From Pseudomonadota bacterium (GTDB lineage: Bacteria > Desulfobacterota > Desulfobacteria > Desulfobacterales > RPRI01), in contig JBDRRF010000051.1 in assembly GCA_043825875.1 (NCBI GenBank), forward strand, positions 96,001 to 160,000: DNA of 64,000 nucleotides. Reading direction: 5' to 3'. Below the pieces are notes generated by a model. It saw only the letters and a program-made list of their open reading frames with translations, did no database searches and was not told the origin of the DNA. Positions 48,949 through 57,557 of the stretch are shown in pieces (the stretch's first letter is position 1; every line of letters begins with the position of its first letter). The translations under genes were made by a program, and so were the position numbers.

Positions 48949-50217
48949 TTAATTTGATCTTTGTCCTACTCTATCAGATAATATCTCAATAAATTCCTTT
49001 AATTTTACCTGCATCTCTTCTACAGTAACAAAAGTCGGGTCCATTATATCGCAATCTACTACCAGTGTTGGAATTCCCGCTTGTTCGCTTAAAGCGTCTT
49101 TTAAAGATCTTATAATTCCTGACTGACGGCAGGCATTCTGAGCCCAGAACACTGCCCCATCAATCTTATAGTCCTTAACCACCTTAATGGAATCGTTTAT
49201 AAAGTCTTTGGAAGAACCCATTATACATCTGGTCATAGGTGCATTGAAATATCTCTTTGCCAATGCTTCCAATGGGTCCGAAGGATCCAACTCATCTTTT
49301 CCCCATTGAAAAACAATGCTTTCATTAACAAAAAGAGCTCCATAATCCTTTGCCAGCCAGTCCTGAAGCTTAAACGAAAACTGCGGAGGCATAAAAAGGT
49401 CCAGCAGCCTTAGTTTTTCATTGGGAATCGCCCCAATACCTTTTTCGACCCTGGCTTTAACTTCATCTCTTACAATCGTAAACCATTTTACACCTTCCGG
49501 AGTCCCGGCGTTAATCCAATACATCCAGTAAGACTGCCATGCCCTTCGGCTCTCCATCGGAGAAGGGATAGCTTTTCGCAACTCAGCTATCTCTATATAA
49601 AGGCGCGTCATTTCAGCAGTCATTGCCATATTTTCTTTCAGGCGATCCCAGTCCATCTTCCGGCCGGTTACCTTTTCTACAAATTCAATAAGCCGTCCGA
49701 ATTCATTTGCCAGGTATTTAACCCCTCTTTCCGAATTTTCCCATGGGACATCAATGAAAAAGTCAGGAAGACCATACATATCTGCTGAGACCCCTCCGCT
49801 TGAGGCAAAAGCATCGCAACCAGCTCCCATGTGGACGATCAGTTTCGGTTTTGGAAACCAGTTTTCAACAAAATGCCCCAGCTGTATTCTGTGAGCCGAA
49901 CATGTTTCTAAAGGAACTCCATATCCACGGCTTGTGTCCATGGCCTCTTTGTAATTGCGGGTACATACAGTCATTGCACCACTTGACGAAACTATAAGGA
50001 CAGGAACCATGTCCATTGCATGAAAAATTTCAGGCGGAACAAAAGTGCTGTGGGCGGCAATTTCTTTCCCTGACCTCATTGCCTCAGTAACTTTTTGAAA
50101 ATATGAAGTATATAGCTCATAATAAGCTTTTTCCCCGCTTGATTTTACTTTAGGCAAAACATGGTCTGTAATATCTTCTAAATTTTTAACCGCCTTAAAC
50201 CATAAATCGTGGTTCAT
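48949..50217 (-). CDS. Class I aryl-CoA reductase / 2-hydroxyacyl-CoA dehydratase subunit (BcrB/BzdO-like)
   Basis: PPEIFHAMD, ETCS, GCD, ACR, VDCDIMD. Confidence 0.8.
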   Translation of the reverse strand: MNHDLWFKAVKNLEDITDHVLPKVKSSGEKAYYELYTSYFQKVTEAMRSGKEIAAHSTFVPPEIFHAMDMVPVLIVSSSGAMTVCTRNYKEAMDTSRGYGVPLETCSAHRIQLGHFVENWFPKPKLIVHMGAGCDAFASSGGVSADMYGLPDFFIDVPWENSERGVKYLANEFGRLIEFVEKVTGRKMDWDRLKENMAMTAEMTRLYIEIAELRKAIPSPMESRRAWQSYWMYWINAGTPEGVKWFTIVRDEVKARVEKGIGAIPNEKLRLLDLFMPPQFSFKLQDWLAKDYGALFVNESIVFQWGKDELDPSDPLEALAKRYFNAPMTRCIMGSSKDFINDSIKVVKDYKIDGAVFWAQNACRQSGIIRSLKDALSEQAGIPTLVVDCDIMDPTFVTVEEMQVKLKEFIEILSDRVGQRSN

Positions 50218-50221
50218 AGCA

Positions 50222-51379
50222 TTAACCCTTTCTTTTTTTTTCTTCAATCATCTCAATAAAAGCCTGCACCCGAGTCTTGATCTGGCCGGTGGCGGCCATG
50301 CCATATTCCAGATCCAATCTTAGCGAAGGGATGCCTCGGGTTTCGAATCTTTTGCTGAGACGAATCTCATCATAAATATGCGGAGCACAATAACGTACTA
50401 CACCGGTTATCATGCCATCAATATGGAAATCCTCGGCCATTTGTAGTATTCTGTCAAACCTCGGCTCAGATGGGGCCATGCGAGGCGCAGGAAATTTATT
50501 TAAATAATGACGGGTAATGGCCAACAATGGATCAACTTTTTCATCTTCACTAACAAGATCCATAAAACTCATAGATCCGTTTAGAAGAGAATCCGCCACA
50601 ACTATACTTCCAAGATCCTCAATCCCTTTTATATATTCCGAATTATGCAAAGCTGTGCCATTAATCATCAAACGCAGGCCGCCATTTGATGCCCTGTCAG
50701 AAGTACTTGCCTCATCAATAAATTCTTTTAATAAAACATTAAAATCTTTTCTGGGCATCATGGCAGATGCATTATAGATCTCAAAAACTTCCGCTCCCGT
50801 AATGGGAGGATTATCTTTTTTTCTCAAATCAAATAACTGATTAAAAAGCTTTCTGGTTTGATTATAGGTTTTGATGGCTTCCTGCAAAGCCTCAGTCGTT
50901 ATCTTTTTCTGAAAGGCACGCTCAATATTTGCGACAAATTCTTTTATATTTTCATAATAGAACTCTTCAGCCTCCGGAATATTTTTATGAGGAGTATGTA
51001 AAAAAAACATTGCCGGAGAAGGCATATATCTTTCCCAGACATCATACAACCGTCTGGTTCCATCACAATAGGGAGTTGTCATCACTCCGTCCAGAAAATC
51101 GTAGCCTCCTTTAAGAGCTACTTCATATATGCTCCTCATATGAGAACAGGTATAAATATGAAGATATGAATTTGCATCATCAAGAGGAACTTCGCCATAG
51201 GGTCCTCTTAACCATACCGGCAATGCTCCGGCGGCAGATAATATCTCTTCAGGAATATCCCCGCCAAAAAAACCGATCACCTTCCCACCGTTTTTTTTCC
51301 ACTCTTTTATCGGTGAAGCAAAAGGGAATTCTTTGTTAATCTCCTCAAATGGAGATAATGTTTTTAATAGTTGAGACAT
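50222..51379 (-). CDS. Class I aryl-CoA reductase / dehydratase subunit (BcrC/BzdN-like)
   Basis: PEEILSAAG, YTCSH, YDFLDG, CDGTRR, YCAPH, GQIKTRVQAFIE. Confidence 0.8.
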   Translation of the reverse strand: MSQLLKTLSPFEEINKEFPFASPIKEWKKNGGKVIGFFGGDIPEEILSAAGALPVWLRGPYGEVPLDDANSYLHIYTCSHMRSIYEVALKGGYDFLDGVMTTPYCDGTRRLYDVWERYMPSPAMFFLHTPHKNIPEAEEFYYENIKEFVANIERAFQKKITTEALQEAIKTYNQTRKLFNQLFDLRKKDNPPITGAEVFEIYNASAMMPRKDFNVLLKEFIDEASTSDRASNGGLRLMINGTALHNSEYIKGIEDLGSIVVADSLLNGSMSFMDLVSEDEKVDPLLAITRHYLNKFPAPRMAPSEPRFDRILQMAEDFHIDGMITGVVRYCAPHIYDEIRLSKRFETRGIPSLRLDLEYGMAATGQIKTRVQAFIEMIEEKKRKG

Positions 51380-51549
51380 AAACTGTTCCTTTCTCTTATA
51401 CTAAGGGGATAAACAGATTAAATTATTAATCATTACCCCCGACATATGTCAAGATAAACGATTTTTTCAAAATTAATTAAAAGAACATCTGCATAAAGGC
51501 TTTAGATAAATCTTTATGCAAATCTCTCCTATCTATAAATCTCTATAAA

Positions 51550-52338
51550 TCAGGCGGTTTGCCTACGCCTGAGCCTGTCAAAAGCAAAAAGAGCCGCCCC
51601 TATAGCTCCGATCAATTGCGGATCAGGAGCAATGAGAGGTTCAAGCCCTATCTTTTCCTTAATTTTTGCAGCCACACCGGGATTTTTTGCAACTCCTCCG
51701 GTAAGGCTGAAATCTTTCTCTACAGATACCTGGGTCAACATGCTGGCGGCTACTTTGGCAATGGAATCATGTAAACCGGCGACAATATCGCTTTTTGATA
51801 CTCCATCCCGCAGCATGTTTAAGGCTTCAGACTTGGCAAATATAACACAAACTGTGCTAAAAGAAATATTCTGCGTAGAAGTGAGTGAAAGCTCACCCAA
51901 CTTGTCTACAGGAACCTCCAAAATATCGGCTATTACCTCAAGAAAACGGCCTGTTCCCCCAGCGCATTTGCTATTTAATATAAAATTAGTCAGACGTCCG
52001 TCACCGTCACATTTAATGGCCTTTGAATCCTGGCCTCCGATATCCATGATTGTTCTTACCGTAGGGAAATACCAGTGTACACCACGCGCATGGCATGATA
52101 TCTCAGAAACGTGTTTCTCACCTCCGACAAACTGAAACCGGCCATATCCGGTCGGCATAATACTTTCCAGATCGGAAAGTTTCATACCAGCCAGTTTCAG
52201 TGCTTCATTTAATACTTTTATGCCGACATCAGGACCTTTTAAAATTGTTTCGCCTATGTGCGAGGAGATAATTTTATCTCCTTCCATAATAACGGCTTTA
52301 GCGGTCCTTGAACCTATATCAATTCCCGCTACCGGCAT
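51550..52338 (-). CDS. ASKHA ATPase activase subunit (BcrA/BzdQ-like)
   Basis: GIDIGS, EISCHARG, DIGGQDSK, KCAGGTGRFLE, TVCVIFAKSE. Confidence 0.85.
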   Translation of the reverse strand: MPVAGIDIGSRTAKAVIMEGDKIISSHIGETILKGPDVGIKVLNEALKLAGMKLSDLESIMPTGYGRFQFVGGEKHVSEISCHARGVHWYFPTVRTIMDIGGQDSKAIKCDGDGRLTNFILNSKCAGGTGRFLEVIADILEVPVDKLGELSLTSTQNISFSTVCVIFAKSEALNMLRDGVSKSDIVAGLHDSIAKVAASMLTQVSVEKDFSLTGGVAKNPGVAAKIKEKIGLEPLIAPDPQLIGAIGAALFAFDRLRRRQTA

Positions 52339-53144
52339 TGGGCCCCTTCCTTACGACTAAGAATATGGTTTCTCCCTAAAACGGCAGCACCCAGTGCAAC
52401 AACGAACTTGGGTTCTTGTGTTACATATACCTCGGCATTGATATGTTTATTAAAACTTCTTACAAAAGCCTGATTTAAAGATACGCCACCACATAAAAGA
52501 ACAGGGGGAATCACCTTAACCTTTCCGGTCAAACCGACAACACGTGAGGCAAGTGATTCATGCAGCCCCGCCAGAATCTCAGACCTGGGAGGCGGCGGAT
52601 CTTCAAAAGCATATGAAAGAATTTCCTGTTCGGCAAAAATCGTACAGGTACTTGCGATATCTATACCTTTTTCCGCTTTCATAGCTTCTGCGGCCATTTC
52701 CTCCAAAGATAAACCCATAGCTTTTGCTATTGACTCTAAAAATACTCCCCCGCCTGCAGCACATTTGTCGTTTACAGTAAAATCTTTTATCTGGCTTTGT
52801 TTATCCAGAGTAATGATTGTTGTATTTTCCGCTCCAACATCAATAATCGTTTTTACATCAGGAAAAAGCTCAAGGCCGCCCTTAAACAAACACATGTATA
52901 GGCCTTTTTTCATATCGGCAAACGGCAAGTCTCCGCCTGACCGACTGGTGGCTACAACAAGATCTATATCCTCTCTTGATAATGAATTTACTTCAAGTGC
53001 CTTTTTTATAGCTTTGGCAGCAACAACTTCCGATTTATCAGGCAAACTGAGAGAGTCACGATAAATGACACCTTCATCGTTCAACAGAACTAATTTTGTA
53101 GCAATACTTCCTATGTCAATTCCTATGATTTTCAATGTACCCAA
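52329..53144 (-). CDS. ASKHA ATPase activase subunit (BcrD/BzdP-like)
   Basis: GIDIGS, DVGAE, NDKCAAG, STCTIFAE. Confidence 0.82.
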   Translation of the reverse strand: MGTLKIIGIDIGSIATKLVLLNDEGVIYRDSLSLPDKSEVVAAKAIKKALEVNSLSREDIDLVVATSRSGGDLPFADMKKGLYMCLFKGGLELFPDVKTIIDVGAENTTIITLDKQSQIKDFTVNDKCAAGGGVFLESIAKAMGLSLEEMAAEAMKAEKGIDIASTCTIFAEQEILSYAFEDPPPPRSEILAGLHESLASRVVGLTGKVKVIPPVLLCGGVSLNQAFVRSFNKHINAEVYVTQEPKFVVALGAAVLGRNHILSRKEGAQCR

Positions 53145-53148
53145 TTCA

Positions 53149-54231
53149 TTACAGACCTGCCTGAGGAGGTCCCATAATAAGAGTTTGCTTGCTTGCGCAA
53201 AGGCCTACATGTTTCCTGATATCTTCTGACTCATTGTAGTAAATATCGAAGGCAACGCCCTCTCCTTTTATTGATCTTGCTATAGCGCTGCCTGCCCTGT
53301 ATCCGGAATCTATGGCAACACTGATACCTTCACCATTTAGATATGAGAGACCCGCAGCTTCACCGGCAAGTAAGATTCTGCCTCCACCAAAGCAAAAATC
53401 GCCTCTTAAAAACATATCGTTAATAGCTGTGCCTTCACTTCTGACTTTATCAGCAAGCTTCATTTTAAATCTGGTGGCAAGGAAATCTTCAAACTCCTTC
53501 ATAAGACGTTTATAACCACCTTTCATTTTAAAAGCCCCGACAACAAGAGTAAGAACATCGTCTTTCTTATGTATGCTTGCCATACAATCACCGATATGGC
53601 CCAAAAAAACATACCATGGCCCTTCTTTAAATTCGCCAGGATCTAAACATTTGTAATATACCTGATACACAACAAGCTCATTTAGCCTTTCTTTAAAAGA
53701 AGTATCGAATGCATTACGGACCAAAGAATCCCCTCCATCAGCCCCCACAAGATAAGAACATTCTATTCCAGTCTTTACACCCCCCTGCTTAACATCAATC
53801 TTAAGCTTATCCCCTTTTGCGGAAAAACCGGCGAAACTGCATCTTTCTTTTATAATTGCCCCGGATTGCTTCAGAAGCCAGTGATCAAATTTGCTGCGCC
53901 ATACATTTAAATAATCGGAATTAAACGTCTTGCCATCCTTGGCAATTTCCCATTCAAAAATAAAATTTCCGTCTTTTTCCGTCCAGGCTATAATATCTTT
54001 ATAATTTATTTTTTTGGGCTTGCAATATACGCTTTCAGCAGGTAGTCCGCCAAAGTATTTTTCAAGCAGTTCCTGCGTCTGACCCATGAGAACACCGGAA
54101 CAGCATTTATATCTCGGTAGTTTTTTTCTCTCCAAAACAAGAGCTTCAATCCCATGGTCAGATAAAGCTTTAGCGCATGAGGCACCGGCAGGTCCACCTC
54201 CCGCAATTACTACCGGATAATATTTTTCCAT
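53149..54231 (-). CDS. Geranylgeranyl-reductase-family FAD oxidoreductase
   Basis: GGGPAG, PRYKCCSG, VGADG, LAGEAAG, GEGIS. Confidence 0.8.
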   Translation of the reverse strand: MEKYYPVVIAGGGPAGASCAKALSDHGIEALVLERKKLPRYKCCSGVLMGQTQELLEKYFGGLPAESVYCKPKKINYKDIIAWTEKDGNFIFEWEIAKDGKTFNSDYLNVWRSKFDHWLLKQSGAIIKERCSFAGFSAKGDKLKIDVKQGGVKTGIECSYLVGADGGDSLVRNAFDTSFKERLNELVVYQVYYKCLDPGEFKEGPWYVFLGHIGDCMASIHKKDDVLTLVVGAFKMKGGYKRLMKEFEDFLATRFKMKLADKVRSEGTAINDMFLRGDFCFGGGRILLAGEAAGLSYLNGEGISVAIDSGYRAGSAIARSIKGEGVAFDIYYNESEDIRKHVGLCASKQTLIMGPPQAGL

Positions 54232-54285
54232 CGGTTGTATCTCCTAAAATAAAAACTATATTTCAAATATGAAATTTGATTTTTT

Positions 54286-55107
54286 TTAAACAGGCACATC
54301 CGGCTCAATAACTATTCGGTTTATATGGTTATTTTCCAACACATCAGCAGGAGGTATGTTTTCATTTTTAAAAAACATAGTATTGCCTTTGCTTATCAAT
54401 GGCACTGGCATTACCGAATGAACATGCTGAAATGTATATTTCTGGCATTCTTTCTTGCAAGGAAATATTCCGATCTCATCCTCTTTTCCGGCAATATCAC
54501 AGGAATTTGCCAGACAAAGGCGTGTAGTAGTTATAAAGGCATACGGAACATACAAAGATGTATTAATAATACTATCACCAAGATTTAAATCCAATCCCTG
54601 CAAAAGATTATCAAGCTCTATTCTCTTTATGTTATGATCAATCAGAAATTTTTGGTAAAGAGGACTGTCTAAGGAAGAACCCCGGAAATAATTGAGAGTA
54701 CTTTCCGGTAATGAGTTCATAACCTCTTTTAACCTCGGGCCGCGTTTCATCTTGTTCAAAAGCCTTCCCATTACCGGTTCAAGGCTTTTATACTTTTCAT
54801 TAAGTATATTTAATACTCCCCAGTCATTAAAAACAACCTCACTATCCGGTTTAGTTTTTTCAATAACTTTCAAAAGGGGTTTTAATTTCTTTATCCCTTC
54901 ATTTGTTACATAAGGAGTAACAAAAGTAAAATCTAAGTTTTTCTCCGAAACAAAATTAAGAACCTTCTCAAGCTTATTGACCGTGGGAAGCAGCCGCTGG
55001 CAAAACTCACAGCCAAAATAAATTCTCGAAAAACTCCCGTCGTAATGTTTCAGGTTTTTTACTTTTGTAATATATAATGCCCGATCAATCGCTTTGTCGT
55101 CATTCAC
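54286..55107 (-). CDS. U32-associated partner protein (UbiV-like), putative Fe-S
   Basis: IYFGCEFC, FVTP, FNDWG, TTRLC, CKKEC, KGNT; directly follows U32 gene. Confidence 0.6.
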   Translation of the reverse strand: MNDDKAIDRALYITKVKNLKHYDGSFSRIYFGCEFCQRLLPTVNKLEKVLNFVSEKNLDFTFVTPYVTNEGIKKLKPLLKVIEKTKPDSEVVFNDWGVLNILNEKYKSLEPVMGRLLNKMKRGPRLKEVMNSLPESTLNYFRGSSLDSPLYQKFLIDHNIKRIELDNLLQGLDLNLGDSIINTSLYVPYAFITTTRLCLANSCDIAGKEDEIGIFPCKKECQKYTFQHVHSVMPVPLISKGNTMFFKNENIPPADVLENNHINRIVIEPDVPV

Positions 55108-55121
55108 TTAAGAATATTCCT

Positions 55122-56123
55122 CTATGCTTCTCTGACTTCAGGATAGTAACACATAGCAGTCCTGCAAGGTAGTCTATAAACATATTTGTAAAATGCCCGC
55201 GTCTGTTCTATGTACTGCTTCCTTGAAATAGTTTTATCTTGTAAAAGTGTAAGCAACATCCTTATAAACTTAACATCATTTATTTTGCGTTTTAAATCAT
55301 TACCCCGTCCGACTATTTTTACGCAATCAACCCCCATTTCAACAAAATCATAAAGGGCGCACGCTCCACAAGGAACATCATCCATATGAAGCCTGGTCCA
55401 TACCTGCTGTCTTTTAAAAGCAATCTCAGCCTTATTACTATGAGCAATTGCTGATTTTGATTTTCTATTAGCCGGCTTGTCCGAATATAAACTTAAGCTA
55501 TAAGGAAGCATGCAGGAATTTTTGAATGAACTTTCCAATGACTGAACATGATCAAAAGTACAAAGGCCATCCACATTTGGACAACGGGAATTAAATATGA
55601 AAACACACGTTTCTACGCCGGTTACATTTTTTACTATATCTCTGATTTCGTCGATGGTCAGATGTCTTTCAAAAATTACTTTATCAATCCCCAATTTCTG
55701 CAAAAACTTAACAGTCTCAGAGTTAAAAATGGAAATTCCGGTGCTCACATTAATCGATGTTTCAAGACCGGCATCTTTTATAGCAAGGATAAGATTCAGA
55801 TCTGCAACTATAAATGAATCAACACCAGCATCAATAGCTTTTTTAATATAATCAAGCAGCATTGGATATTGATCCTGGGTATAAAAATGTTCATTTATAG
55901 CAAGGTTCACCAATGCATTATATGAATGAGCAATAGAAACGGCTTCTTCTAAAGCATTGAAAGACTGAAGATTGCATATGGTTGCAGGCCGCCTGTTAAT
56001 TGCTGCTATAGTATATCTGCTCAGCCATTTATCCCATATAACACCGCAATAAAGCTCGTTAGCCCCTGCTTTTATGACATCTTCTACATCATCCACTTTA
56101 TCTATAGGCGCCAGGATATTCAT
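55122..56123 (-). CDS. Peptidase U32 family (UbiU/TrhP/RlhA-like Fe-S protein)
   Basis: ILAP...AGANELYCG, ERHLT, CPNVDGLC, CGAC, VKIVGR. Confidence 0.8.
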   Translation of the reverse strand: MNILAPIDKVDDVEDVIKAGANELYCGVIWDKWLSRYTIAAINRRPATICNLQSFNALEEAVSIAHSYNALVNLAINEHFYTQDQYPMLLDYIKKAIDAGVDSFIVADLNLILAIKDAGLETSINVSTGISIFNSETVKFLQKLGIDKVIFERHLTIDEIRDIVKNVTGVETCVFIFNSRCPNVDGLCTFDHVQSLESSFKNSCMLPYSLSLYSDKPANRKSKSAIAHSNKAEIAFKRQQVWTRLHMDDVPCGACALYDFVEMGVDCVKIVGRGNDLKRKINDVKFIRMLLTLLQDKTISRKQYIEQTRAFYKYVYRLPCRTAMCYYPEVREA

Positions 56124-57115
56124 TCAGAACTTTCCCCTTGTTTCAAATAAGACAAAAAGGTTTCCAATAGCACCTCTGCCTGCTGGCTTGGATTTTTATT
56201 ATCTATTGAAACTTCTTTTATTCCTTGCTCAAACTCTTTCGAATCGCTAGTAAATTTATCAAGATGACGCATAATTTTGTCTTCCATAATTTTACAGATC
56301 TCGATCCGTATTCTTTTTTCTCTTCTTTGCTTAAGCTGACCGTTTTCTATCGAATAGTCTCTATACAACTCAAGCTCTTTCCAAAGCTCTTCTATCCCTT
56401 TTTGTTGTACAGCTATTGTTTTAACCAGGACAGGCTCTCGTTCTCCATTCTTAGTGGCCCAATGCAGAGCGGTTTTAAGAGAGGACGCTAACATATCGGC
56501 TCCTGCCTGATCTGCTTTATTGAGTACAACGATATCTCCGATTTCCATTGTTCCGGCTTTCATTGCCTGGATTTCATCTCCCATTCCAGGACTTAGAACT
56601 ACTACAACCGAATCAGCCAGTTTTGTAACTTCTATTTCAGCCTGCCCGGCACCGACAGTCTCAACAAATATATAATCTTTCCCAAATGCATCAAGGACAT
56701 TGGCCACCCGATAGGTGGCCTCCGACAGTCCTCCCATTTCGCCTCTGGAACCAAGGCTTCGTATAAAGACATTTTGCTTTGTGCCTAAATCTTCCATCAT
56801 CCTTATACGATCGCCCAAAAGTGCTCCTCCGGTAAATGGGGAAGAAGGATCAATAGCTATAATAGCTACTTTTTTCCCACTTTGGTCTAATAATCTTGCC
56901 AGTTTTCCCACTACAGTGCTTTTACCTGCTCCGGGTGCTCCGGTAAAACCAATAACGTAGGCCTTTCCGCTATGAGGATAAACTTGCTTCATGATCTCCG
57001 GAACTGAAGAATCATTTGCTTCAACTAATGTTATCAGTCTGGCTGTTGCTCTTACAGAGCCATTCAACATATCTCTTACCAGATCAGCGCTACTTTGTTT
57101 GGTTTTCAACGACAT
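56120..57115 (-). CDS. meaB: MeaB/ArgK GTPase chaperone of B12 mutases
   Basis: GAPGAGKST, DPSSPFTGGALLGDRIRM, ETVGAGQ, NKAD. Confidence 0.93.
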   Translation of the reverse strand: MSLKTKQSSADLVRDMLNGSVRATARLITLVEANDSSVPEIMKQVYPHSGKAYVIGFTGAPGAGKSTVVGKLARLLDQSGKKVAIIAIDPSSPFTGGALLGDRIRMMEDLGTKQNVFIRSLGSRGEMGGLSEATYRVANVLDAFGKDYIFVETVGAGQAEIEVTKLADSVVVVLSPGMGDEIQAMKAGTMEIGDIVVLNKADQAGADMLASSLKTALHWATKNGEREPVLVKTIAVQQKGIEELWKELELYRDYSIENGQLKQRREKRIRIEICKIMEDKIMRHLDKFTSDSKEFEQGIKEVSIDNKNPSQQAEVLLETFLSYLKQGESSE

Positions 57116-57152
57116 CCCCCTTAAAAAGTATAAGCATAAATAATATCAAGAT

Positions 57153-57545
57153 TTAAGCATTTACACATTCAACCACATCCTGCAATGTCCCTACTCCAGG
57201 CATAAAAACCTCATCAACTCCTATTTTAAGAAGTTCTCTCTTTTCCGGTTCGCTGATTGTACCACCTATAACTACCTTTATATCACCTTTTAAGCCCTGT
57301 TCACTCATCAGTTCCATCAAACGAGTAGTGTCATATACAAGACCGGCACTGTAAAAACTCATGGCAATCACATCCACATCTTCTTCAACAGCAGTTTTAA
57401 CAACCTCATCTATTATGCTATATCGGGTAAAAATAACTTCCATACCTTTATCTCTCAACAACTGGGTCAGGTATCTAACACTTACCTCATGAGCATCCTG
57501 ATCGCTTTTGGTTACAAGAATCCTTTTTTTCATTTTAGTTTCCAT
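57153..57545 (-). CDS. Cobalamin-binding small subunit of an acyl-CoA mutase
   Basis: DAHEVS (DxHxxG variant), EEDVDVIAMS, GGTI, EVFMPG. Confidence 0.88.
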   Translation of the reverse strand: METKMKKRILVTKSDQDAHEVSVRYLTQLLRDKGMEVIFTRYSIIDEVVKTAVEEDVDVIAMSFYSAGLVYDTTRLMELMSEQGLKGDIKVVIGGTISEPEKRELLKIGVDEVFMPGVGTLQDVVECVNA

Positions 57546-57557
57546 GACTACCCCTTT

